From Octopus sinensis (taxonomy: Eukaryota), in the NCBI RefSeq assembly GCF_006345805.1, contig NC_043005.1, positions 63,302,001-63,366,000 of the forward strand: a stretch of 64,000 bases of DNA, written 5' to 3'. Position numbers and translations under genes: made by a program. A model generated the notes under the pieces. That model was not told the origin of the DNA, did not search any database, and was given only the letters and a program-made list of their open reading frames with translations. Positions 1-12,260 of this stretch are shown here, piece after piece. Every line of letters begins with the position of its first letter. Position 1 is the stretch's first letter.

Positions 1-336
1 CGCGTTTGCCAGATATCACTCCCTTGGACTTCTTTTTATGGGGTTATGTAAAAGATATCGTGTATCAAACAAAGATATGGGACATTGCTGACTTGAGGCA
101 AAGGATTTGTAATGCCATTGCCACCATTGATGAGGCTATCTTACAGTGAACATAGCAAGAAATCGAGTACCATCTTGATGGGCTTTGCGCAACTAACAGT
201 GCCCATATTGAGGTCTATTAAATAACAGTTAAAAAAACTTTAGTAAACAATTATTACAATAAAACAAATCTGGTTATGATAACTTGTCAACTGCTTTTGT
301 AATAAAATTTTAAAATTGTAAAGAGACTTTATGGAC

Positions 337-342
<6 letters not shown>
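1..342 (+). mobile_element. 3' end of a Tc1/mariner-superfamily transposon (decayed transposase C-terminus and right TIR)
   Basis: Frame 3 (3-221) reads RLPDITPLDFFLWGYVKDIVY...LRQRICNAIATIDEAILQ*T*QEIEYHLD..HIEVY*, matching the SPDLTPLDFFLWG motif, with 2 internal stops. It ends in TIR-like ctttatggacaccct followed by TA. Confidence 0.85.
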
Positions 343-381
<39 letters not shown>

Positions 382-436
382 TTATGTATGTATGTATGTA
401 TATATATATATATATGTATGTATGTATGTACGTATG

Positions 437-475
<39 letters not shown>

Positions 476-487
476 GTGTATATATAT
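341..487. repeat. (TA)n/(TATG)n microsatellite
   Basis: Directly visible. Confidence 0.95.
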
Positions 488-659
488 CATCATCATCATC
501 ATCATCATTTAACGTCCGCTTTCCATGCTAGCATGGGTTGGACGGTTCAACTGGGGTCTGGGGAGCCCGAAAGCTGCACCAGTCCAGTCAGATCTGGCAG
601 TGTTTCTACAGCTGGATGCCCTTCCTAACGCCAACCACTCCGAGAGTGTAGTGGGTGAT

Positions 660-3600
660 TTTATGTGCCACCGACACAGGTGCCAGACGAGGCTGACAAA
701 CGGCCACGCTCGGATGGTGTTTTTATGTGCCACCGACACAGGTGCCAGACGAGGCTGGCAGACGGCCACGCTCGGATGGTGTTTTTATGTGCCACCGACA
801 CAGGTGCCAGACGAGGCTGGCAGACGGCCACGCTCGGATGGTGTTTTTATGTGCCACCGACACAGGTGCCAGACGAGGCTGGCAGACGGCCACGCTCGGA
901 TGGTGTTTTTATGTGCCACCGACACAGGTGCCAGATGAGGCTGGCAAACGGCCACGATCGGATGGTGCTTGTTACGTGCCCACAGCACGGAGGCCAGTCG
1001 ATGCGGTACTGGCTACGGCCACGTTCGGATGGTTTTCTTATATGCCACGTGCCACCGGCACTGGTACCACAAAGATACAAATTCCATTGATGTTCATCTA
1101 TTTTGATTTGTTTTGATTTGATTTGATTTGATTTTCACTTGCCTCAACAGGTCTTCACAAGTGTCACAAGAAGGAAGGTATGCACAGGTGGACTGACTAC
1201 GTCCCAGGTAGGGGCCATGGGTTATGGCCTGACTAGTCTTGCGGGTCTTCGGATGGTGTTTTTATGTGCCACCGACACAGGTGCTAGATGAGGCTGGCGA
1301 ACGGCCACGATCGGATGGTGTTTGTCATGTGCCCACCGCACTGACTACGGCACTGATGGATTTCTTGTGTGCCACAGGCACTGGTACCACAAGATACAAA
1401 TTCCATGATGTTCATCTATTTTGTCTATTTTGATTTGATTTGATTTGATTTTCACTTGCCTCAACCGGTCTTCACAAGTGTCACAAGAAGGAAGGAAGGT
1501 ATGCACAGGTGGACTGACTAGTCTTGCCGGTCTTCGGAAGGTGTTTTTTATGTGCCACCGACACAGGTGCCAGATGAGACTGGCGAACGGCCATGATCGG
1601 ATGGTGTTTGTTACGTGCCCACAGCACGGAGGCCGGTCGATGCGGAACTGGCTACGGCCACGTTCGGATGGTTCTCATGTGTGCCACCGGCACTGGATGG
1701 TTCTCATGTGTGCCACCGGCACTGGTACCACAAAGTGTGTGCCACCGGCACTGGTACCACAAAGATACAGATTCCATTGATGTTCATCTATTTTGATTTG
1801 TTTTGATTTGATTTTCACTTGCCTCAACAGGTCTTCACAAGTGTCACAAGAAGGAAGGTATGCACAGGTGGACTGACTACGTCCCAGGTAGGGGCCATGG
1901 GTTATGGCCTGACTAGTCTTGCCGGGTCTTCGGATGGTGTTTTTATGTGCCACCGACACAGGTGCTAGATGAGGCTGGCGAACGGCCACGATCGGATGGT
2001 GTTTGTCATGTGCCCACAGAACGGAGGCCAGTCGATGCGGTACTGGCTACGGCCACTTTCGGATGGTTTTCTCTTGTGTGCCACCGGCACTGGTACCACA
2101 AAGATACAAATTCCATTGATGTTCATCTATTTTGATTTGTTTTGATTTGATTTTGATTTTGATTTTGATTTTCACTTGCCTCAACAGGCCTTCACAAGTA
2201 TCACAAGGAGGAAGGTATGCACAGGTGGACTGACTACGTCCCAGGTAGGGGCCATGGTTTATGGCCTGACTAGTCTTGCCGGGTCTTCGGAAGGTGTTTT
2301 TATGTGCCACCGACACAGGTGCTAGATGAGGCTGGCGAACGGCCACGCTCGGATGGTGTTTTTTATGTGCCACCGACACAGGTGCCAGACGAGGCTGGCA
2401 GACGGCCACGCTCGGATGGTGTTTTTTTATGTGCCACCGACACAGGTGCCAGACGAGGCTGGCAGACGGCCACGCTCGGATGGTGTTTTTATGTGCCACC
2501 GACACAGGTGCCAGACGAGGCTGGCAGACGGCCACGCTCGGATGGTGTTTTTATGTGCCACCGACACAGGTGCCAGATGAGGCTGGCAAACGGCCACGAT
2601 CGGATGGTGCTTGTTACGTGCCCACAGCACGGAGGCCAGTCGATGCGGTACTGGCTACGGCCACGTTCGGATGGTTTTCTTATATGCCACGTGCCACCGG
2701 CACTGGTACCACAAAGATACAAATTCCATTGATGTTCATCTATTTTGATTTGTTTTGATTTGATTTGATTTGATTTTCACTTGCCTCAACAGGTCTTCAC
2801 AAGTGTCACAAGAAGGAAGGTATGCACAGGTGGACTGACTACGTCCCAGGTAGGGGCCATGGGTTATGGCCTGACTAGTCTTGCCGGGTCTTCGGATGGT
2901 GTTTTTATGTGCCACCGACACAGGTGCTAGATGAGGCTGGCGAACGGCCACGATCGGATGGTGTTTGTCATGTGCCCACCGCACTGACTACGGCACTGAT
3001 GGATTTCTTGTGTGCCACAGGCACTGGTACCACAAGATACAAATTCCATTGATGTTCATCTATTTTGTCTATTTTGATTTGATTTGATTTGATTTTCACT
3101 TGCCTCAACCGGTCTTCACAAGTGTCACAAGAAGGAAGGAAGGTATGCACAGGTGGACTGACTAGTCTTGCCGGGTCTTCGGAAGGTGTTTTTATGTGCC
3201 ACCGACACAGGTGCCAGATGAGACTGGCGAACGGCCATGATCGGATGGTGTTTGTTACGTGCCCACAGCACGGAGGCCGGTCGATGCGGAACTGGCTACG
3301 GCCACTTTCGGATGGTTCTCATGTGTGCCACCGGCACTGGATGGTTCTCATGTGTGCCACCGGCACTGGTACCACAAAGTGTGTGCCACCGGCACTGGTA
3401 CCACAAAGATACAGATTCCATTGATGTTCATCTATTTTGATTTGTTTTGATTTGATTTTCACTTGCCTCAACAGGTCTTCACAAGTGTCACAAGAAGGAA
3501 GGTATGTACAGGTGGACTGACTACGTCCCAGGTAGGGGCCATGGGTTATGGCCTGACTAGTCTTGCCGGGTCTTCGGATGGTGTTTTTATGTGCCACCGA

Positions 3601-4649
3601 CACAGGTGCTAGATGAGGCTGGCGAACGGCCACGATCGGATGGTGTTTGTCATGTGCCCACAGAACGGAGGCCAGTCGATGCGGTACTGGCTACGGCCAC
3701 TTTCGGATGGTTTTCTCTTGTGTGCCACCGGCACTGGTACCACAAAGATACAAATTCCATTGATGTTCATCTATTTTGATTTGTTTTGATTTGATTTTGA
3801 TTTTGATTTTGATTTTCACTTGCCTCAACAGGCCTTCACAAGTATCACAAGGAGGAAGGTATGCACAGGTGGACTGACTACGTCCCAGGTAGGGGCCATG
3901 GTTTATGGCCTGACTAGTCTTGCCGGGTCTTCGGAAGGTGTTTTTATGTGCCACCGACACAGGTGCTAGATGAGGCTGGTGAACGGCCACGACCGGATGG
4001 TGTTTGTTATGTGCCCACAGCACGATGGCCAGTGATGCGGTACTGACTACGGCCACGTTCGGATGGATTCTTGTGTGCCACCGGCACTGGTACCACAAGC
4101 GGTACTGACTACGGCCACGTTCGGATGGATTCTTGTGTGCCACCGGCACTGGTACCACAAGCGGTACTGACTACGGCCACGTTCGGATGGATTCTTGTGT
4201 GCCACTGGCACTGGTACCACAAGGATACAAATTCCATTGATGTTCATCTATTTTGATTTGTTTTGATTTGATTTGATTTTCACTTGCCTCAGCAGGTCTT
4301 CACAAGTGTCACAAAAAGGAAGGTATGTACAGGTGGACTGACTACGTCCCAGGTAGGGCCCACGGGTTATGACCTGACTAGTCTTGCCGGGTCTTCGGAT
4401 GGTGTTTTTATGTGCCACCATGTTCCCACAGCACGGAGGCCAGTCGATGTGGTACTGGCTACGGCCACGTTCGGATGGTTTTCTTGTGTGCCACAGGCAC
4501 TGGTACCACAAAGATACAATTCCATTGATGTTCATCTATTTTGATTGATTTTCACTTGCCTCAGCAGGTCTTCACAAGTGTCACAAGAAGGAAGGTATGC
4601 ACAGGTGGATCGACTACGTCCCAGGTAGGGGCCACGGGATATGGCCTGA
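660..4649 (-). repeat. Tandem array of RTE 3' UTR units with nested ~59-61 bp subrepeats and a ~1.64-kb higher-order duplication
   Basis: The ORF-end motif gactagtc recurs about 10 times. ORF-track twins are offset by 1642-1644 bp (785/2427, 1445/3089, 1947/3591). Confidence 0.9.
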
Positions 4650-5234
4650 CTAGTCCTGCCGGGTCCTCTCATGCACAGCACACTTCCATAGGACTCGGTC
4701 TTCAGTCATTTCCTTGGTGAGACCTAAAGTTCGAAGGTCGTGCTTCACCACCTCGTCCCAGGTTTTCCTGGGTCTACCTCTTCCACAGGTTCCCTCAACT
4801 GCTAGGTTGTAGCACTTTTGCACACAACTATCTTCAGCCATTCTCGTCACATGACCATACCAGCGCAGCCGTCTCTCTTGCACACCACAACTGACACTTC
4901 TTAGGTTCAACTTTTCTCTCAAAGTACTTACACTCTGACGATTATGAACACTGACATTACACATCCATCGGAGCATACTGGCTTCATTTCTTGCAAGCTT
5001 ACGCATATCCTCAGCTGTCACGGCCCATGTTTCACTACCATGTAGCATGGCTGTACGTACACACGCATCATATAGTCTGCCTTTTACTCTTAGCGAGAGA
5101 CCTTTTGTCACCAGCAGGGGTAAGAGCTCTCTAAACTTTGCCCAGGCTATTCTTACTCTAGCAGTTACACTTTCAGCACACCCACCCCCGCTACTGACTT
5201 GGTCTCCCAGGTAGCGGAAGCTATCAACTACTTC
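4650..5234 (-). pseudogene. RTE reverse transcriptase C-terminal fragment (open but 5'-truncated)
   Basis: Reads EVVDSFRYLGDQVSSGGG...RVRIAWAKFRELLPLL...YDACVRTAMLHGSETW...RRLRWYGHVTRM...GRGRPRKTW, all typical RTE motifs. Confidence 0.9.
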
Positions 5235-5343
5235 TATATATGTGTATATATATATATATATACATATGTAGTGAAGAGGTACATGATACAGTTATCTACT
5301 TTATACAGTTCCAACCAATTAGCCTTCTAATAGAGCTTCAGAA

Positions 5344-5908
5344 ATATAAAATTAAGAAGGAGAGAAACAAATTTCAAAGGTCAGTGTATATATTCATTCA
5401 ATCCATTTCAAATTATGGAAATTCTCCACAATATACATAGATGCGTTCGCATATATAAGATATAAAAATTTATAAGAATTTATAAACACATATACATACA
5501 AAGATTTGTAAATATATAAATATTCATAAATGTATAAAAATTTACAAGTATAAATATTCATAAATATATAAACACATAAATATATATACATAGATCTACT
5601 TGCAAAGTCATTAATTCTAATACGGACATTCGGACTTCACAAGTACATCTATGTATCTATATTTATGTGTTTTTATATTTATGAATTATTATGTCTGTAA
5701 ATTTTCATATATTTGTGGACTTTTATATATTTATAAATCTTCGTATGTATGTGTGTTTATAAATTCTTATAAATTTTTATATCTTATAAATGTGAATGCA
5801 TCTATATATTATATATTGTATTTTGTTGAGAATTTCTATAATTTGAAATGGATTGAATGAATATATACACTGACTTTTGAAATTTTTTTCTCACATTCTG
5901 AATTTTAT

Positions 5909-5910
<2 letters not shown>
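5344..5910. mobile_element. AT-rich fold-back / MITE-like inverted repeat
   Basis: Imperfect arms at about 5344-5602 and 5640-5910 with a ~37-bp spacer. The mirror ORFs 5394..5591(-) and 5651..5860(+) reflect this. Confidence 0.8.
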
Positions 5911-5954
<44 letters not shown>

Positions 5955-6006
5955 TATATATATACACACATATTTATGTATATATATACATATATACACA
6001 CACACA

Positions 6007-6864
6007 CAGGGTGCCTTGGGTAAATTGTCACCATTTTATATTTTTAAGCACATTGTTTTTGATATTGTTGACTACACAGTACAGTATGGTCAGCGGGACA
6101 CTGTCTGTGAGTAAAACAGCACCTTGACACAATTCACCCTGCCAGGAATTTGGAAATGACATGCTCTACTGCTTGGTATACACATCCTAAGCTCCAATAC
6201 TAACATTTCAGAATGTTTGGCTGCCAATCTGAGGACTGTGCAATCTGAGAACATGTACTGAGAGTGATAAAAATCAAACATCCAGTCAACATCATTTGGA
6301 GTGATCACTAATGATGGCAATTTTATGCCTCCAATCCTCTTCCTACACAACCTCAGACTCAACACAGAGGCCTATATCAAGTGCCTGGAGGAAGTAGTAC
6401 TGCCCTGGTCAAGCGGGTGGCTGCTAGAAGATCCTATGTCAGGTAACAGGACTCTGCACCTTGCCACACAAGCAGGAGAACACCATCATGGCTGTCAGAC
6501 AATCTCCGTGACCATATTCTCCCTAACATTTGGCTACCTAACTCCCCAGATTGCAAATCCCCTGATTATTATGTGCAGGATGCAGATGGGTGAGAGACCA
6601 ACAAAATTCCTTGTTATACCAAAGATGAAGTGAAGGCAAGGATTATGGCAGAATTCACCGACTTAAACAAGGTGATTGTCCAGAAGAGTTTCAGGAGATT
6701 CCGAAGTCGTCTGGAGGACATGGAAGCCAATGGGAATTTTATTGAATAAATTTACTCATTAGTATTTCTATGTAATTTTGGTAGATATACATGTTAAAAT
6801 GAGATGCAAGTGTTAGTTTCCTTTTTGTGCAATTTAGATGACACTTTTTTCACCGTGCCCTTTA
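6007..6864 (+). mobile_element. Decayed Tc1/mariner (maT/DD37D-like) transposon
   Basis: Left TIR cagggtgcc... Frameshifted pieces read GVITNDG..MPP..F.HNLRLNTEAYIKCLEEVVLPW, QDSAPCHTSRR, and WLPNSPDCK..DYY, ending EANGNFIE* at 6749. Confidence 0.8.
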
Positions 6865-8010
6865 TGTGTGTGTGTATCTTAATAATACTAAAACACTAGA
6901 GATGTTTGTGTGTACCCAAAATTTCTCAGAAATAGTATATTCTATCTTAATTTGTTTTGCATATCTATTTTCATACTTACCTTCGGCAATGCAGTACAAA
7001 TTTCTGCGATATTTGGGCCTCTTTATTAACGAAAAGGATTAAACACAATGTTTGTTACTTCTTGACATAAAAAAATATGTCTTCTGTGACGTCAACACAC
7101 ATACAGAATACACACACATATAATGAATGTCATGGCATGTCAGTCAACACAAACATACGTCCACTATCAGTGATATATACACACACAGTCTTTACACTCC
7201 CTAAGATAAAAATCGTCGACTTTTTGATGTACACCATATTTTAATCATTTAGAAATATTTTTAACTGAATGTGATTTCAAAAATGTAAATTGTTTGTACA
7301 GTATTTATATTTTAGCTTTCTTTAAACAGACAATAATTTAACGTCTAAGTGGCACTCATTCTCTCTCTTTCTATGTCTCTTTCTCTCTCTCTCTCACAGA
7401 CACACGTCCATTTCATATGCATGTTCATACATCTTTCACTTTCTCCTCTCTTTCACTTTAAAGCAAGAGTAAATAAATAAAAATCTTTTACGGAAATTAA
7501 TAAACAAAACCAGCTGATCCAGATAACAGTTCTGAGAGTCAAACTGAAAGATTGCCCTAAGGAATATCATTACAAAAATGTTTTCGAGTGTATTCAATGT
7601 ATCTCAGCTCCAAAAATTTGGCTGCTATTTCTAGCACGCCCTGCTACCAAATAATAGCTATTTGCAATAAAGAACCTGAAATACCTGTTATGTGGTGGTA
7701 GGGCGTGCAAGAAATAGCAGCCAAATCTTTTCTTTTCTGGAGAAAGGAGCCATTTACACGTGATTTCGATCTCACATAAATGGTTTCATATTCTTGACCT
7801 TTTTGACAAAGCTACAGATATATAGAGATAAAAGTTGAGGTTGCGTGATGTTCATGACTGTCTTCAGAGTATATATGGAAGAAATGTGACTGGCTTTAAT
7901 TGGGAAGTAGTTTGCAGATCTGACTCCCTTCTGGATGTCTATACTAGTCATGTTTCTGAATATCCCTATGGCAACAGTTTTTTACTTTTCTTCACCAAAT
8001 TGTTCCTTTG

Positions 8011-8373
8011 TTACAAACCACATGGTTCCGGGTACAGTCCCACTGTGTGATACCTTGGGTAAGTGTCTTCTACTATAGCCTCAGGCCAATCAAAACCTTG
8101 TGAGTGGATTTGGTAGGTAGACGGAAACTGAAAGAACCCCATCGTATATTTGTATATATATATATATATGTGTGTGTCTGTGTTTGTCCACTCCACATCG
8201 CTTGACAAACAATGCTGGTGTGTTTACGTTCCTGTAACTTAGTGGTTTGGCAATAAGAGACCGATAGAATAAGTACTAGGCTTACAAAGAATAAGTCATG
8301 GGGTTGACTTGCCCAACTAAAGGTGGTGCTCCAACATGGTCACAGTCAAATGACTGAAACAAGTAAAAGAGTA
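8011..8373 (+). mobile_element. tRNA-derived SINE (octopus-type family A), 5'-clipped
   Basis: B-box-like ggtacagtccc, an internal TA/TG tract, and 3' end gactgaaacaagtaaaagagta. Same family as 32880-33286 and 60271-60680. Confidence 0.85.
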
Positions 8374-8566
8374 TATTGATAGTACCAGTTTCAGAAGGCC
8401 TTTGAATATCATGGTCAAGATCCCTCCAGCCTGACTAAACCATAATAATGACTTTAATCTTTACTCATGTATATTATTAAGAAGCATTAAGAACAAGAAT
8501 ATTAAAATATATTTTACAATATGATGATTAAACTTTCTCAAAATGCATATATTTTATACGCACATT

Positions 8567-11399
8567 GAAGTGTCAGTTGTGGTGTGCAAGAGAGACGGCT
8601 GCGCTGGTATGGTCATGTGATGAGAATGGCTGAAGATAGTTGTGTGCAAAAGTGCTACACCCTAGCAGTTGAGGGAACATGTGGAAGAGGTAGACCCAGG
8701 AAAACCTGGGACGAGGTGGTGAAGCACGACCTTCGAACTTTAGGTCTCACCAAGGAAATGACTGAAGACCGAGTCCTATGGAAGTGTGCTGTGCATGAGA
8801 GGACCCGGCAGGACTAGTCAGGCCATATCCCGTGGCCCCTACCTGGGACGTAGTCGATCCACCTGTGCATACCTTCCTTCTTGTGACACTTGTGAAGACC
8901 TGCTGAGGCAAGTGAAAATCAATCAAAATAGATGAACATCAATGGAATTTGTATCTTTGTGGTACCAGTGCCTGTGGCACACAAGAAAACCATCCGAACG
9001 TGGCCGTAGCCAGTACCGCATCGACTGGCCTCCGTGCTGTGGGAACATGGTGGCACATAAAAACACCATCCGAAGACCCGGCAAGACTAGTCAGGTCATA
9101 ACCCGTGGACCCTACCTGGGACGTAGTCAGTCCACCTGTACATACCTTCCTTTTTGTGACACTTGTGAAGACCTGCTGAGGCAAGTGAAAATCAAAATCA
9201 AAATCAAAACAAATCAAAATAGATGAACATCAATGGAATTTGTATCCTTGTGGTACCAGTGCCGGTGGCACACAAGAATCCATCCGAACGTGGCCGTAGT
9301 CAGTACCGCTTGTGGTACCAGTGCCGGTGGCACACAAGAATCCATCCGAAGGTGGCCGTAGTCAGTACCGCATCACTCGCCATCGTGCTGTGGGCACATA
9401 ACAAACACCATCCGGTCATGGCCGTTCGCCAGCCTCATCTAGCACCTGTGTCGGTGGCACATAAAAGTAGTCAGTACCGCTTGTGGTACCAGTGCCGGTG
9501 GCACACAAGAATCCATCCGAACATGGCCGTAGTCAGTACCGCATCACTGGCCATCGTGCTGTGGGCACATAACAAACACCATCCGGTCGTGGCCGTTCGC
9601 CAGCCTCATCTAGCACCTGTGTCGGTGGCACATAAAAACACCTTCCGAAGACCCGGCAAGACTAGTCAGGCCATAAACCATGGCCCCTACCTGGGACGTA
9701 GTCAGTCCACCTGTGCATACCTTCCTCCTTGTGATACTTGTGAAGGCCTGTTGAGGCAAGTGAAAATCAAAATCAAAATCAAATCAAAACAAATCAAAAT
9801 AGATGAACATCAATGGAATTTGTATCTTTGTGGTACCAGTGCCGGTGGCACACAAGAGAAAACCATCTGAAAGTGGCTGTAGCCAGTACCGCATCGACTG
9901 GCCTCCGTGCTGTGGGCACATGACAAACACCATCCGATCGTGGCCGTTCGCCAGCCTCATCTAGCACCTGTGTCGGTGGCACATAAAAACACCATCCGAA
10001 GACCCGGCAAGACTAGTCAGGCCATAACCCATGGCCCCTACCTGGGACGTAGTCAGTCCACCTGTGCATACCTTCCTTCTTGTGACACTTGTGAAGACCT
10101 GTTGAGGCAAGTGAAAATCAAATCAAAACAAATCAAATAGATGAACATCGATGGAATCTGTATCTTTGTGGTACCAGTGCCGGTGGCACACACTTTGTGG
10201 TACCAGTGCCGGTGGCACACAAGAGAACCATCCGAACGTGGCCGTAGCCAGTTCCGCATCGACCGGCCTCCGTGCTGTGGGCACGTAACAAACACCATCC
10301 GATCATGGCCGTTCGCCAGCCTCATCTGGCACCTGTGTCGGTGGCACATAAAAACACCTTCCGAAGACCCGGCAAGACTAGTCAGTCCACCTGTGCATAC
10401 CTTCCTTCTTGTGACACTTGTGAAGACCGGTTGAGGCAAGTGAAAATCAAAATCAAAATCAAAATCAAAATAGACAAAATAGATGAACATCAATGGAATT
10501 TGTATCTTGTGGTACCAGTGCCTGTGGCACACAAGAATCCATCAGTGCCGTAGTCAGTGCGGTGGGCACATGAAAAACACCATCCGATCGTGGCCGTTCG
10601 CCAGCCTCATCTAGCACCTGTGTCGGTGGCACATAAAAACACCATCCGAAGACCCGGCAAGACTAGTCAGGCCATAACCCATGGCCCCTACCTGAGACGT
10701 AGTCAGTCCACCTGTGCATACCTTCCTTCTTGTGACACTTGTGAAGACCTGTTGAGACAAGTGAAAATCAAAACAAATCAAAATAGATGAACATCAATGG
10801 AATTTGTATCTTTGTGGTACCAGTGCCGGTGGCACGTGGCACATAAGAAAACCATCCGAACGTGGCCGTAGCCAGTACCGCATCGACTGGCCTCCGTGCT
10901 GTGGGCACGTAACAAGCACCATCCGATCGTGGCCGTTTGCCAGCCTCATCTGGCACCTGTGTCGGTGGCACATAAAAACACCATCCGAGCGTGGCCGTCT
11001 GCCAGCCTCGTCTGGCACCTGTGTCGGTGGCACATAAAAACACCATCCGAGCGTGGCCGTCTGCCAGCCTCGTCTGGCACCTGTGTCGGTGGCACATAAA
11101 AACACCATCCGAGCGTGGCCGTCTGCCAGCCTCGTCTGGCACCTGTGTCGGTGGCACATAAAAAACACCATCCGAGCGTGGCCGTTTGCCAGCCTCGTCT
11201 GGCACCTGTGTCGGTGGCACATAAAATCACCCACTACACTCTCGGAGTGGTTGGCGTTAGGAAGGGCATCCAGCTGTAGAAACACTGCCAGATCTGGCTG
11301 GACTGGTGCAGCTTTCGGGCTCCCCAGACCCCAGTTGAACCGTCCAACCCATGCTAGCATGGAAAGCGGACGTTAAATGATGATGATGATGATGATGAT
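8567..11399 (+). mobile_element. Second 5'-truncated RTE LINE, near-identical to 488-4900, in opposite orientation
   Basis: RT C-terminus QERRLRWYGH...HERTRQD* ends at 8817. It has 6 ORF-end motifs, a (GAT)n tail at ~11378-11399, and a candidate 6-bp TSD attgaa at 8564-8569 and 11398-11403. Confidence 0.9.
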
Positions 11400-11699
11400 T
11401 GAAATTGCTAACTTGGAATTGAAACTAGTTCACATATTTAGCAAACCAACAATATACAGTACCTGTATATCATTCAAATCACTTACCGTATTTTGTTTAG
11501 CCAGGTCGTATACCCCGAGGGTCAAATAGAAGACCCCTTCTCAATGATAGTAAGATCATCTATTTCTCTCCCTTCCTCTGTTGGTACTTTGACAAAATGA
11601 TTTCACTGCCTTCTGTTTTACGTTAAGTATTTACTGCTCAGAACTCTGCCTTAAGTAGTTCTTGGTATTAGTCCCTTGTACATTCAGTGCAGAAATCTG

Positions 11700-12260
11700 T
11701 TATTGTTGTTGTTTAACTCCATGTAGTGCCTTTTAATCCAATAGCCAAATATGTTGCAGCTACATAGCTACAACCATGTTGTATTTTTCAAGTCATTGTT
11801 TACCTTGGTCTTCTTATCCAATGTACTTTAAGATAATTGAGTAAGATCCAAATGAGGATCATCTTTAATTTTAGCAAGATGAGTGACCACAAAGATTCAG
11901 AGTTTTATGACCCTGGTAATACGACCAGAGATCTTTAGCTTTCTCTCCTTGACTATTTCATAGTTATATATCTCAAAGGCTTCTAATAGTCTCTTCTTCT
12001 ATAGTCCTTCTTGTGAAAGAAAGCTGGTTAGGCAAGCTTCCTTTCTTATACACTGCAACACATTGTAAGAATGCTTGCAGAAGATACACTTGGAGATGAA
12101 GAATTTTATGATTATTCTCTGTCTATTCTCTGTTGCCCACAGATCTCTGTGCTACATTTCCTATTTCTGATGATAATGGTCCTCAGGTAATTGAAACATT
12201 TCATCTGCTCTAGGCTTTCTCCATGAAAATAAACATTGATTGCTTCCTCGGTTTTATCGT
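11700..12260 (-). pseudogene. Old, decayed RTE-type LINE fragment
   Basis: Broken motifs LEQMKCFNYL (cf. LEQV..FKYLG), RRLLEAFE and KERKLKISGRITR. Confidence 0.55.

Larger units (their letters stand above)
488..5234 (-). mobile_element. 5'-truncated RTE-clade LINE with tandemly expanded 3' UTR and (GAT)n tail
   Basis: RT C-terminus at 4650-5234, 3' UTR array, and (CAT)7 tail at 488-508. A 19-bp direct repeat tatatatgtgtatatatat flanks it at 469-487 and 5235-5253 (candidate TSD, low complexity). Confidence 0.9.

Noticed and set aside
660-4649. CRISPR-like appearance of the repeat arrays here and at 56571-57214
   Set aside because: There are no unique spacers and no cas genes, the context is eukaryotic, and the units are tandem or LINE-derived.
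11480-11560. Good donor sites on both strands suggesting an exon
   Set aside because: There is no convincing acceptor with an open frame, and the site lies at the 3' end of a decayed RTE fragment.
12167-12197. CTGATGA...GAAAC hammerhead-like spacing
   Set aside because: No stem I, no NUH in register, and it lies within LINE-derived sequence.
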